Of a stretch of DNA of 64,000 nt, positions 1 to 9,646 are shown piece after piece. The translations under genes were made by a program, and so were the position numbers. The notes beneath the pieces are model-generated. The model did no database searches, was not told the DNA's origin, and worked only from the letters and a program-made list of their open reading frames with translations. The stretch is from positions 3,456,001 to 3,520,000 of the forward strand of contig OZ245046.1 in assembly GCA_965224245.1 (NCBI GenBank). Direction: 5' to 3'. This DNA comes from Candidatus Eiseniibacteriota bacterium. GTDB taxonomy: Bacteria; Eisenbacteria; RBG-16-71-46; CAZAMP01. Numbering within the stretch: position 1 is the first letter of the stretch; the number at the start of each line of letters is the position of its first letter.

Positions 1-713
1 CGCGTGAAGTGGGTGTGCTCGGCGACGGGGTCGACGTATCCATCGCGCCAGGCGGTGAAGATGGCCGCCAGCGTCTCGCGCGGAACGCGGAGCGTATCGG
101 CCACCACGTAGTCGATCGTGATGTCGGTGATCCCCAGATCCACGAGGATCGCGTGCGTGTGCCGACCCACGAAGAGGTCGGTTCCGGTCGCGGCCCCGAA
201 CTGAACCGGCCCGTGGTGCCAGAAGTCCCTCGGATCGGGGGTTCCCCGCTCGAAGTGCAGCATCCCGTAGTCCTCGGGGATGAGGTGCAGCCGTCCTCCC
301 GGCCGCGTCACGCGGACGAGCTCGGCGATGGCGCGCTCGGGGTACGGAATGGAGTGCAGCACGTGACGGTTCACGGTCAGGTCGTACGTGTCGTCGGGCG
401 CGTCCAGCGCGTAGACGCTCTGGTTGCCAAAGCTGAGGCGCGGCGCGAGCGGCGCGTAGCGCGATCGGGCGAACGCGAGGCTCTCGTCGAGGATGTCGAC
501 GCCCAGCACGGTCGCGCGCGGGAACGTCTCGGCGAGCCGCGAGGAGATCTCTCCCGTGCCGCAGCCCACGTCGATCACGCGGATCTCGTCGGTCAGTCCG
601 TAGCGCCGGATGAGCTCGGACTCCTGCGGCCAGATCGCGCGCGCCTGCGCGTCGAGCGTCCGCACCATGGACTCGTCCGCCATCTGCCTGGCGTGGGGAT
701 TGAGATCGGTCAT
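1..713 (-). CDS. Class I SAM-dependent methyltransferase (3' end runs off the window)
   Basis: Not in the ORF track. Manual translation from ATG at 713: MTDLNPHARQMADESMVRTLDAQARAIWPQE...VIDVGCGTGEI...VLGVDI...YDLTVNRHVLHSIPYPERAIAELVRVTRPGG. Motif I (DxGCGxG) and the post-motif-III PGG are present. Confidence 0.9.
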   Translation of the reverse strand, partial: MTDLNPHARQMADESMVRTLDAQARAIWPQESELIRRYGLTDEIRVIDVGCGTGEISSRLAETFPRATVLGVDILDESLAFARSRYAPLAPRLSFGNQSVYALDAPDDTYDLTVNRHVLHSIPYPERAIAELVRVTRPGGRLHLIPEDYGMLHFERGTPDPRDFWHHGPVQFGAATGTDLFVGRHTHAILVDLGITDITIDYVVADTLRVPRETLAAIFTAWRDGYVDPVAEHTHFT

Positions 714-914
714 GGGCGAGAGCATACCAGGCGCGACGCATCCGCCCCATCGCGCATCGCGTCGGCCGGCCCATGCATGGGGGCGGCGCGGGTGGATGCT
801 CACGGGAGTTTCATCGCGCGCCGGCTCGGGCTAGTGTTCCGGGTCCGACACGACGACGGCCCGCCGCGGGTGACCGCCATCCCGGCGGGCCATGCACGAC
901 ACGACCGAGGTCCC

Positions 915-2537
915 ATGTCATCGAGCTGGATCGCCAACATCGACCGCTGCGAGGCCGTCGTCGCGGGTAACCGCGGCCCACGCGTCCTGATCCCCGTGGT
1001 GGGCAGCCGATCCGACGCCGCGTTCTGGAAGTCCGCCCTCACGCGGTCCGCGCCGGAGGTCCAGAACGCCGACGGCCGGGTCGCGGTCGCGCCGGCGGTC
1101 GAGACGCGTCGCCTCGGCAACCTCCTGGGAACCCTCGCGGCGTGGTCGGAGGCCGGCCCCATCGACCGCCGCGACGTCGCGCTGATCAGCATGGTGGTCG
1201 GCCAGGGGAAGCGACTGAGCCCGTTCACCCAGGCCCTCGGCAACCGCAAGGCCGCCTTTCCCACACCCCGGCGTGGCTCGGACGGCGCGTTTCTGACCAT
1301 GTGCGAGGTCGCGAACTTCTCGGTCTGCCCGTGGGCGGACGTGCTCCGAGACGCGGGCTTTCGCGGCGTCATCGTCAAGTGGGGCGACGAGGCGGTGGTG
1401 CCCGGCGTCCCCTTGACCGCCTCCGCATCGGCGTTCGGCGACGTGGACGTGGTGCGGCTCGTCGGCGACGCCGAGCCCACCGACGAGCTCGCGCGGCAGA
1501 AGGAGTGGATCGTCACCGACTCCCGGACCGGCGACGTGGCCGGCGTGGTGGCCCGACAGCCGCACCGCTCGCTGATCGCGCGCCTCGACGAGCTCGGCGG
1601 CGCCGATCGGCGCGTCGGGATCAACCTGGGAAGCCTCGCCATCGGGCACGACCTGATCACGATCATCCACGAGGCCTTCGCCGACGCACTGGAGCGGCCC
1701 GGCGTGTGGATCGACTGGGATCCCTACTTCTGGATCGCGCTGGCCTGCGAGACGCGTGACCGGTGGCGCGCCGAGGGCGCCCGCGAGCGCGCCATCGGCA
1801 AGTCGGACCTCGACACGCTGGAGGCACGCGTGCCGGACTTCGTGGATCGCGTCCACCGCGTCCGCGATCTCTTCCGGGATCGCCTGGGGCGACCCATCCG
1901 CCAGCGGGCGCTGGCGTTCGGCGAGCCCCTGTGGATCGACCTGGGCCAGCAGACGGCGCTGCGCGAGCACATGGAAGCGCTGCTCGCGCACGACGATCAC
2001 GGGGCCGCCCTCCGGCGCCTGCACCGCATCGGCGAGCGCCGCGACGCGCGGGGCAACATCGTCGTCGACGGGCTCGTGGCTCCCGATGCCGACGTTCGCG
2101 ACAGCATCATCATCGGATCGACGATCGCCGACGGCCGATCGCGCGTGCACCGCGGCGTCATCCTGGGCAGCCGGATCGGACGGGTCGACATGCCGCGTGG
2201 CGGCGCCCTCATCGAGTGCGTCCTCGGCGACGCACGCGCCGAGGGCGAGGGTGCGATCGCGTTCCGTTCCCTGGGAGACGCGCTGGCCCTCTCTGCCCTC
2301 GATCGTCACACGAGCCTCGTGCTGGGAGGGCGCGTGGTCGACGTGCGCGGCAGCGAGACCCTCCGGTCCTACGACGGCGAGGCGTACGAGGCGCCCGTGC
2401 TGGGCAACACCATGTCTTTCGCCGAGCTCGCGACGCGCGCGGGGGCGGCGGACGGCCGATCGCTCGCCGACGACTGGATGCGTCACGCGACCCGGATCGC
2501 GGCCCGCATCGCGGCCCGCATCGACGCCGGCGGCTGA
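915..2537 (+). CDS. Hypothetical protein, divergent sugar-phosphate nucleotidyltransferase-like with a C-terminal beta-helix-like region
   Basis: Likely start is ATG 915 (MSSSWIAN..., preceded by GAGG) within ORF 9..2537. Motifs VVGQGKRLSPFT...K (cf. GxGTRLxPxT...K), VIVKWGD, and hexapeptide-like ADVRDSIIIGSTI. Confidence 0.6.
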   Translation: MSSSWIANIDRCEAVVAGNRGPRVLIPVVGSRSDAAFWKSALTRSAPEVQNADGRVAVAPAVETRRLGNLLGTLAAWSEAGPIDRRDVALISMVVGQGKRLSPFTQALGNRKAAFPTPRRGSDGAFLTMCEVANFSVCPWADVLRDAGFRGVIVKWGDEAVVPGVPLTASASAFGDVDVVRLVGDAEPTDELARQKEWIVTDSRTGDVAGVVARQPHRSLIARLDELGGADRRVGINLGSLAIGHDLITIIHEAFADALERPGVWIDWDPYFWIALACETRDRWRAEGARERAIGKSDLDTLEARVPDFVDRVHRVRDLFRDRLGRPIRQRALAFGEPLWIDLGQQTALREHMEALLAHDDHGAALRRLHRIGERRDARGNIVVDGLVAPDADVRDSIIIGSTIADGRSRVHRGVILGSRIGRVDMPRGGALIECVLGDARAEGEGAIAFRSLGDALALSALDRHTSLVLGGRVVDVRGSETLRSYDGEAYEAPVLGNTMSFAELATRAGAADGRSLADDWMRHATRIAARIAARIDAGG

Positions 2538-2691
2538 CCCGACCGTTCACCTTGTACATTGTCGCCCGGAATCCCCGTGCGAAGGACGAGTGCTCCCGCC
2601 TCGCGGGCGGTATGATGACGGCGCTCGGTTGCCCGGGGTTGGCGACCCGCCCGTCGCCGCGACGCGGTGATGCAGTCTCGGAGGGATCGTC

Positions 2692-5421
2692 ATGTCGCAT
2701 TCCGCCGCCTGGCTGGCACGTTTCACACTCACGCTCGCTCTGGCCACGAGCGCCGCGGCCGCGCTCGCGAGCGAGCCCGTGGCCCTCGATCCCGCGCTGG
2801 CCCGGCGCCATCAGCTCGAGTCCGGTACCCGTCAGTCGATCACGATCCGGGTCGCCGACACGCCCGGTGCGGAGCCACGCGCGGCCGACGGCGCGATCGA
2901 CGTCACCGTCAGCCTCGCGGGGTCGCCGGTGGTCATCCACCTCGAGCCCCACGACGTCCGGGCACCCGGCTTCACGGTGCTCGCGGAGTCGGCCTCGGGT
3001 GCGCGACCGGTACCGGTGGCCCCGCCGCGCACGTACCGCGGCCACGTGCTCGGGCGGCCCGAGGTGCGCGCCGCCGCCACCGTCGACGGCGGCGAGCTCC
3101 GGGCGCGACTCACCGATGGCACCGAGACGTGGTGGCTGGAGCCGGTCGGAGACGGATCCACCGAGCACCTCGTGTATCGATCCGAGGAGGTCCTTCCCCT
3201 TCCCGGCGTGTGTGTGCTCCCCGACGGTGTCGCGTCCGCGCCGGCGGCGGGCCCGGATGCCGACCCGGACGCGATCGGCGGGGACCCCGGGTGCGGCAGC
3301 CTCTGCCAGATCGCGATCGACGTGGATCCCCAGTACGCGGGGATCTTCGACACCCTGGACGAGGTCGTGGCCGACATCGAGGGGCTCCTGAACGTCGTCG
3401 ACGCGATCTACGCCGACGATCTCGGCATCACCTACGAGATCACGACGATCCACATCCACGGGGCCGACGAGACACCGTACTCGACGAACGACCCGTACGC
3501 GCTCCTGGATCAGTTCGCCGCGCTCTGGAACACCGAGTACGCCGACGTCGTGCGCGACGTGGCGCACCTCTTCACGGGTCGCGAGCTGTCGGGCGCCGTG
3601 ATCGGGATCGCCCAGGTGGCGGCGATCTGCACCGACGAGGGCTACGGCATCTCGCAGTCGTTCTTCGGCGGCAACTACGCACAGCGGGTCACCGTCACCA
3701 CGCACGAGCTCGGACACAACTGGAGCGCCCTCCACTGCAACGGCGATGCCGACTGCCAGATCATGTGCGCGAGCGTCTCCGGCTGCACGAGCGAGAAGGA
3801 GCACTTCGGGCGCCGGTCGCTGAGCGCGATCGCCGCTCACCGGGCCACGCGGACGTGCCTGGACGACGGCGGCCCGGTGGCGCCCTCGTCGAGGGACGAC
3901 GACACGGTCACGCTCATCGGCGAGCCCGTCGACGTCGACGTGCTGGCGAACGACTTCAGCGTGACCTGCGCGGAGCTCACGATCACCGCGTTCGACGTGA
4001 CGACCGAGGCCGGCGGAACGGTCGCCCGTCACGCCGGTGGAGGCGAGGGCGGTCGCGACGTTCTCACCTACGTGCCGCCGGCGGGCTATGAGGGGACCGA
4101 CAGGTTCGGCTACGTCATCGTCGACGACCAGGCCCTGGAGGCGACCGCCCGCGTGCGCGTGGACGTGCTCGAGTTCCGGGATCCCGACGCGGCGACGGAG
4201 CGTGCGCCAGGTCTGGCCGCCACGTACTACGCCTATCCGCGCCCGTTCTCCGCGCCGGACCTCGACGCGTTCACGGCCTACGCGTCCGACGCGCTGCCCG
4301 AGCTGTTCTTCCGGCGGACCCTCCGCGAGGTCGGGACCAGCGGACGGATGGACGAGGTGGGCGCCCGCATCGCGGGGACGATCGTCCTCGACGAGCCGGG
4401 GACCTACACGTGGTTCGTGACCGCCGACGACGGTGCCCGCGTGAGCGTGGATGGCGTGCCGATCGTGGAGAGCTCGTTCTCGGAGGCGTCCGGGAGCCTC
4501 GATCTCGAGGCCGGCGAGCACGCGCTCGTCGTCGAGTACTACGAGATCGACGCGGCCTCCGGCCTCAGCGTGGAGCTGGAGGGCCCCTCGCGTCCTCGCG
4601 CCGTCGTGGCCACCGATCTCACCGGCGGCGCGGACTTCGCGGTGAGCTACTACGCACTGCCCGACGCGGCCTGGCTGCCCGACTTCACGACCCTCGTCCC
4701 GCTCGCGTCGGAGACGGTCCCCTCGCTGTTCCGGGTCTCGCAGACCGGAGAGCTGGGCACCAGCGGACGCGCGGACCTCGTGGCCGCCCAGTACGTCGGG
4801 TTCCTGGAGGTGCCCGTCCGGGGTGTCTACCGCGTGTGGTTGGAGTCGGACGACGGCTCGGCGCTGTGGATACACGACCGCCGGATCGTCGTGAACGACG
4901 GTGGTCATCTGATGCGAGATCGCGGCGGCTGGATGGCCCTCGAAGCGGGCGCGCACCCGATCCGGGTGGACTACTTCCAGAAGCGTGACGCGCACGGGCT
5001 CATCGCCCGGATCGAAAGTGACGGGCTCGAGCGACAGGTGATCCCGGCCGACTGGCTGTCGCAGACCGACGTCGGCACGCCGATCCTGCCGCCGGGCGAC
5101 GGCTCCGATCCCTCGGGGGGCACCCCGAGCGCGCTCTCGGTCGGGCGGGTGACCCCGAACCCGTTCTCGTCGATCACGACCGTGGAGATCGCGGTCCCGG
5201 GCGACGGGCGAGCGGAGGAGGCCGTCCGGGCCGACGTCCACGACGCGGCGGGACGCCGGGTCGTGTCGCTGGCCGTTCGCCCTCCCGGAGCCGACGGAGT
5301 CACGACGGCGTCCTGGGATGGCCGGGACTCGGCGGGACATCCGGTCGCGCCCGGCGTCTACTTCCTGCGCGTTCGGTCCGGATCCCACCAGGTCGTGCGT
5401 CCGGTGCGGCTGACCCGATGA
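2692..5421 (+). CDS. Secreted reprolysin-like (M12) zinc metallopeptidase with Ig-like domain, two PA14 domains and a FlgD-Ig/T9SS-type C-terminal domain
   Basis: Signal peptide; HELGHNWSALH plus Met-turn CQIMC; VDVLAND...YVP...FGY (Big_9-like); two TADDG/ESDDGS PA14 motifs; C-terminal PNPFSS...WDGRD..G.PVAPGVYFLR. RBS GGAGG. Confidence 0.85.
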   Translation: MSHSAAWLARFTLTLALATSAAAALASEPVALDPALARRHQLESGTRQSITIRVADTPGAEPRAADGAIDVTVSLAGSPVVIHLEPHDVRAPGFTVLAESASGARPVPVAPPRTYRGHVLGRPEVRAAATVDGGELRARLTDGTETWWLEPVGDGSTEHLVYRSEEVLPLPGVCVLPDGVASAPAAGPDADPDAIGGDPGCGSLCQIAIDVDPQYAGIFDTLDEVVADIEGLLNVVDAIYADDLGITYEITTIHIHGADETPYSTNDPYALLDQFAALWNTEYADVVRDVAHLFTGRELSGAVIGIAQVAAICTDEGYGISQSFFGGNYAQRVTVTTHELGHNWSALHCNGDADCQIMCASVSGCTSEKEHFGRRSLSAIAAHRATRTCLDDGGPVAPSSRDDDTVTLIGEPVDVDVLANDFSVTCAELTITAFDVTTEAGGTVARHAGGGEGGRDVLTYVPPAGYEGTDRFGYVIVDDQALEATARVRVDVLEFRDPDAATERAPGLAATYYAYPRPFSAPDLDAFTAYASDALPELFFRRTLREVGTSGRMDEVGARIAGTIVLDEPGTYTWFVTADDGARVSVDGVPIVESSFSEASGSLDLEAGEHALVVEYYEIDAASGLSVELEGPSRPRAVVATDLTGGADFAVSYYALPDAAWLPDFTTLVPLASETVPSLFRVSQTGELGTSGRADLVAAQYVGFLEVPVRGVYRVWLESDDGSALWIHDRRIVVNDGGHLMRDRGGWMALEAGAHPIRVDYFQKRDAHGLIARIESDGLERQVIPADWLSQTDVGTPILPPGDGSDPSGGTPSALSVGRVTPNPFSSITTVEIAVPGDGRAEEAVRADVHDAAGRRVVSLAVRPPGADGVTTASWDGRDSAGHPVAPGVYFLRVRSGSHQVVRPVRLTR

Positions 5422-5436
5422 TCGGAGCCGCCCGCG

Positions 5437-8028
5437 TCACTCGATCCGCACGACCTTCGACGTTCTGACGAGGCCCGGGGCGCTCAGCCGGAAGAAGTAC
5501 ACGCCGGCCGTCACCGGGCGCCCGACCTCGTCCTGCCCGTCCCACGTGACCGTGCCGCCGCCCGCCGGGGCGAGTCCATCGAGCACCGTGGCGATCCGGC
5601 GTCCCACGACGTCGTGCACGGTGACCCGGATGGGTCGCGCGGACTCGAGCGTGAAGTCCACGCGGGAGGCCCGCGTGAACGGGTTCGGGACCGCCGGTCC
5701 GAGGCCGATGGTGACCGACGCCGTCGGCTCGGACACCCCGACGGTGGCGGCGCCCGTCCCGCGCACCAGTGACACCCCGCGGTCCAGGTCGTACGGCGGG
5801 TACCCGATGACGGCGGCCACGTCGCCGACCCCGTCGCCGGTGAAGTCGCCGAAGGCGAGATCGGTCGGACTGAAGCCGACGCCGTAGCGCACGTGCGGCT
5901 CGAACGTGCCGTCGCCCCGGTTGCGGTAGAACGAGAAGTCGTTCGACCCGAAGTTCAGGAGCATCGCGTCCACGTCGCCGTCCGCGTCGGCGTCCCCGAC
6001 GGTGAGGCTCCGGACGCCGCCGATCGTCGAGTACGACGCGACGTAGCGGGAATACGGCTCGAACGTCCCGTCACCGTGACCGATCAGGACGCACATCGAC
6101 TGCTGGGGATCGCCGGCCATGTTGCAGGTCAGGAGATCGGCGAACCCGTCACCGTTCAGGTCGGCGCCGACCACGTCCTTCGGCCCCCAGTCGGTGACGA
6201 AGCGGGTGAACGGCCCGAACGTGCCGTCGCCGTTCCCCATCGAGACCGCGATCGCGTCGGCCTCGGTCCAGACGAGGTCGCGGTTGCCGTCCCCGTCGAG
6301 GTCGACGCCCCGGACGATCTCGGCCGCGATGAACGTCGGGTGGACGTACGGCGCCATGAACGTCCCGTCGCCCGCGTTCTCGCAGATGTAGATGAAGTTG
6401 CTGTCCCCGCCCCCGGCGCAGCCGAGATAGTCGGTCAGGAACACGTCGAGATCGCCGTCGTTGTCCATGTCGAACGCCTCGATGCCGCCGGTCCCGCAGG
6501 TGCCAACGGGCCAGGTCACCGTCGGACCGAACGTGCCGTCGCCGAGGTTCGTCCGCGTGTGGAAGTCGTACGGCGGCGACGTCGGGGCGGTGGCCCACAG
6601 AAGATCGACCATCCCGTCCCCGTCCAGGTCGCGCAGCTTCACGTCCAGCGCGGCGCGCGGCGCGGGATAGATCTCGATCGGCGCCAGCGTGCCGTCGCCC
6701 TGATTGCGGAGCACGCCGATCACGCCGCTGGTGGAGTAGTAGCCGGACGTCGCGACGTCCAGATCGCCGTCACCGTCGACGTCCGCGGCGTCCATGTGCT
6801 CGTGAAACGCACCGGCCGGTGTGGACGGCGGCGACCGGAACGCCCCGTCGCCGGGGTTGGGATGCACGGTGATCTCGAGCGAGTTGCGGCTGACGATGAC
6901 CACGTCGGCGTGGGCGTCCCCGTCCACGTCGGCGGTGTCGATGGCCACCGGGGAGTCGCCGGCCGGGAGCTCGGTGCCCGGCAGGAAGCCCCCCGAGCCG
7001 TCGCCGCGGGCGAAGGTCCAGCTCCCGGTGTCGATGTGCACCGTCATCAGATCGACCCATCCGTCACCGGTGACGTCCGTGACCGCCATGTCGACCGGTC
7101 CGGCCAGGAAGTCCACGATCGGGACGAACGACACGGGCGCGAACGTGCCGTCGCCCGCGTTGGCGAACGTGGCCACCGCGTAGTCGTCGGTGTCGATCTG
7201 GGATCGCGTGCTTCCGTAGAAGATGTCCAGGTCGCCGTCGTTGTCGGAGTCGGCGAGCCGCACGCACGGGAACACGTCGTTCACGCCGAACCCGGCGTTC
7301 AGCGCGACCGGAGCTGCGAAGGCACCTCCGGTGTTCATCAGCACCGCCACCTGCGTGCCCTCGCACGCGGCGACCACGTCCGGACGGTCGTCGCCGTCGA
7401 GGTCTCCGGCGACGAGCTTGTAGGGCGCGGGCAGCGCGGGGAACACCCGAGGGGGTCCGAAGCCGCCGCTGCCGTCGTTCAGAAGCAGCACGACGGTGCT
7501 TCCGAGGCCGATGCGGCCGTAGCCGGCGACCGCGAGGTCGACGTGTCCGTCGCCGTCGAAGTCCGCCGGGGCGATCCCCACCGGACCCTCCACGGCCGCG
7601 TAGTCCTGGCGGGGAGCGAACGTCCCGTCGCCCTGGTTCAGCAGCACCGAGATCGACGTACCCAGCATCGAGCTCCCGGTGTTGGCGGCGACGATGTCGC
7701 CGAAGCCGTCGCCGTCAACGTCGGCCACCTGGACCTCGAAGGAGCTGCCCTGGATCGTGTAGTAGACCGCCTCGGCGTAGCGCCCGTTCTCGTTGATCAG
7801 CACGCTCACGATGCGGGGAAAGAACCAGTGCGAGGTGACGGCGTCCGGGTCTCCATCCCCGTCGAGATCGGCGACGGCGCCCGCGTACGGGAAGTGCGCG
7901 TCGCCGTAGAAGCCGGTGTCGAAGCCGTACCACGTGTCGAAGCCGGGCTCGAACGCGAGGACGGCCGGCGCCAGGATCAGCGCCGCCATCACAGCCGGGC
8001 CGACGGCCGTTCGGCTCATCGTGCTCAT
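5437..8028 (-). CDS. Secreted FG-GAP/VCBS repeat beta-propeller protein with FlgD-Ig/T9SS-type C-terminal domain
   Basis: Signal peptide MSTMSRTAVGPAVMAALILAPAVLA; about 14 DxDGDGxxD repeats with NxGDGTF; C-terminal PNPFT...WDGQD..G.PVTAGVYF. GGAGG RBS upstream of ATG 8028. Confidence 0.88.
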   Translation of the reverse strand: MSTMSRTAVGPAVMAALILAPAVLAFEPGFDTWYGFDTGFYGDAHFPYAGAVADLDGDGDPDAVTSHWFFPRIVSVLINENGRYAEAVYYTIQGSSFEVQVADVDGDGFGDIVAANTGSSMLGTSISVLLNQGDGTFAPRQDYAAVEGPVGIAPADFDGDGHVDLAVAGYGRIGLGSTVVLLLNDGSGGFGPPRVFPALPAPYKLVAGDLDGDDRPDVVAACEGTQVAVLMNTGGAFAAPVALNAGFGVNDVFPCVRLADSDNDGDLDIFYGSTRSQIDTDDYAVATFANAGDGTFAPVSFVPIVDFLAGPVDMAVTDVTGDGWVDLMTVHIDTGSWTFARGDGSGGFLPGTELPAGDSPVAIDTADVDGDAHADVVIVSRNSLEITVHPNPGDGAFRSPPSTPAGAFHEHMDAADVDGDGDLDVATSGYYSTSGVIGVLRNQGDGTLAPIEIYPAPRAALDVKLRDLDGDGMVDLLWATAPTSPPYDFHTRTNLGDGTFGPTVTWPVGTCGTGGIEAFDMDNDGDLDVFLTDYLGCAGGGDSNFIYICENAGDGTFMAPYVHPTFIAAEIVRGVDLDGDGNRDLVWTEADAIAVSMGNGDGTFGPFTRFVTDWGPKDVVGADLNGDGFADLLTCNMAGDPQQSMCVLIGHGDGTFEPYSRYVASYSTIGGVRSLTVGDADADGDVDAMLLNFGSNDFSFYRNRGDGTFEPHVRYGVGFSPTDLAFGDFTGDGVGDVAAVIGYPPYDLDRGVSLVRGTGAATVGVSEPTASVTIGLGPAVPNPFTRASRVDFTLESARPIRVTVHDVVGRRIATVLDGLAPAGGGTVTWDGQDEVGRPVTAGVYFFRLSAPGLVRTSKVVRIE

Positions 8029-8163
8029 GCAATCCTCCAGGTTGCGCGCCCGTCCGACGTCCCATCGGACGAGATGCCTCGTTCCATCCGCCGTGCCTCC
8101 CGGCTGGTCACACGGTGTTCTGCTCTCGATTCTCTCCACGTCGACTCGTTGCGCGGTCGACCC

Positions 8164-9609
8164 TCATCGGAGGGTCCCCTCGCCCACGAGCGTCGCCTCC
8201 CCGGCGCGGACCGTGACCTGCGTCGAGGGGAACTCCAGATCCAGCGTGGCGCGGGTCGTCCCGCCCAGCAGCTCGTTGTTTCCGAACCCGAGCGTGACGG
8301 TGCCGGCCAGACATCCGTCGAGAACCGGCAGGCCGGTCGGTCCCGCTCCGGCCGGATTGATCCCGATGCGGACGCTGGCGAGAAGGTCGGCGTCCCCGGC
8401 GGCGTGCGCGATCGCGCCACGGATCAGCTCGGCGCCGCTGTCCCCGCGCACGTCGGTGATGCGGCCGTCGCGCAGCTCGAGCGCGACGTTCCAGACGTGA
8501 CGGCCGCCCACCAGTCCGTAGTCGGCGACCCACGTGCCGCTCGCCCTCGGGGTCGCCGGGAGGATCGTCAACGAGCCGGCCGGAAGGACGTCGAAGCCGA
8601 AGCCCGACCCCAGGTCCTCGCGGGAGACGACGCCGTCGTTCACGTGCGCCGACGCGAGGTCCACCGTCACCGTCAGGTCGGTGCCACGCGTGCAGCCGAG
8701 CGACAGTGACGCGCCGTCGCGGATCCGAGATCGAACCGACTGCGCGCGTTCGGCGAGCCGCTCGTAGTCGGTGTGTACGCACCGCCAGTACAGATCGATC
8801 GCCGCCTCGGGCGTGACGTTTCCGGTCTCGAAGTGCCCGCGGTGCGGCAGGTCGACCTCGAGGTAGCGTGCGCCCCGCTCCCGGATTCGTTGCTGCCAGC
8901 CCGAGACCGCGTCCAGCACGATCGGAAGCTTCTCGCGCTGCGCCCCGCTGGGCGGCGCGCCCTGCGGCATGTGGGTGCTGATGAAGAGCACCGCGTCCAG
9001 GGTCCCGTCCAGATGCGCGTCCAGGAACGGGAGCCGCGCCAGCGACGCGGCATCGTGACGATCGAGGGTCCGGAGAACGACGTTGCGCGACCACAGCTTC
9101 GGTCGCGGTCGCGCTCCGAGTGCCTCGATCTCGACGACGCACGCCTCGGCGAGCTCGAGCCCCATGGGGCCGAACATCACGAGGACGGTCTCGTCCTCGT
9201 GCACGCCGAGACACGTCGCCACGACGGTGCGCGCGACCTCTCCCAGGTCGATGTCGAGGATCTCCTTGCGACGCCAGTCCAGGAACGCCGCCTCGGCCGA
9301 CTGCCGGAGCGCGGCCGACGTGCTGCCGTCACCACAGGCCAGTGCCGGATCCATCAGGAAGTTGCGCGCCACCGCGCGGTAGTAGCGCTCCTCGCGACGC
9401 CGCTTGCGGCCCGTTCCCACGACCTCGAGGAGACCGTGCTCGAGAAGCTGCCGGACGTGGTAGTGAGCGCGGTTGGCGGGCATCTCGAGCTTCCTGGCGA
9501 CCCCGGTGACGGTCAGGGGCTCGCGCGTCAGGAGGTTCAGCATTCGAAGCCGCTCCTCGCGCGCGATCGCCCAGATCTGCGACATGCGCAGGAGCTCGAA
9601 GTCCTTCAT
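8164..9609 (-). CDS. ArsR/HTH_20 winged-helix regulator fused to an M29 (thermophilic aminopeptidase)-like domain, probably catalytically inactive
   Basis: N-terminal RLRMLNLLTREPLTVTGVARKLEMPANRAHYHVRQLLEHGLLEVV...ERYYRA. C-terminal region follows the M29 layout (LARTVVATCLGVHEDETVLV; GTDLTV; LPAG; IGINP; GTVTLGFGNN..GG). Start MKDFELL at 9609. Confidence 0.8.
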   Translation of the reverse strand: MKDFELLRMSQIWAIAREERLRMLNLLTREPLTVTGVARKLEMPANRAHYHVRQLLEHGLLEVVGTGRKRRREERYYRAVARNFLMDPALACGDGSTSAALRQSAEAAFLDWRRKEILDIDLGEVARTVVATCLGVHEDETVLVMFGPMGLELAEACVVEIEALGARPRPKLWSRNVVLRTLDRHDAASLARLPFLDAHLDGTLDAVLFISTHMPQGAPPSGAQREKLPIVLDAVSGWQQRIRERGARYLEVDLPHRGHFETGNVTPEAAIDLYWRCVHTDYERLAERAQSVRSRIRDGASLSLGCTRGTDLTVTVDLASAHVNDGVVSREDLGSGFGFDVLPAGSLTILPATPRASGTWVADYGLVGGRHVWNVALELRDGRITDVRGDSGAELIRGAIAHAAGDADLLASVRIGINPAGAGPTGLPVLDGCLAGTVTLGFGNNELLGGTTRATLDLEFPSTQVTVRAGEATLVGEGTLR

Positions 9610-9646
9610 GGCGATCGTCTCTTCCGTCCCGCCCGGCGGTCCGGTA

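Noticed and set aside
9-914. N-terminal 302 aa of ORF 9..2537
   Set aside because: It is the antisense shadow of the minus-strand methyltransferase; the real gene most likely starts at ATG 915.
2494-2525. 12-bp repeat encoding RIAARIAARID
   Set aside because: Only about 2.5 copies at a protein C-terminus; low-complexity and uninformative.
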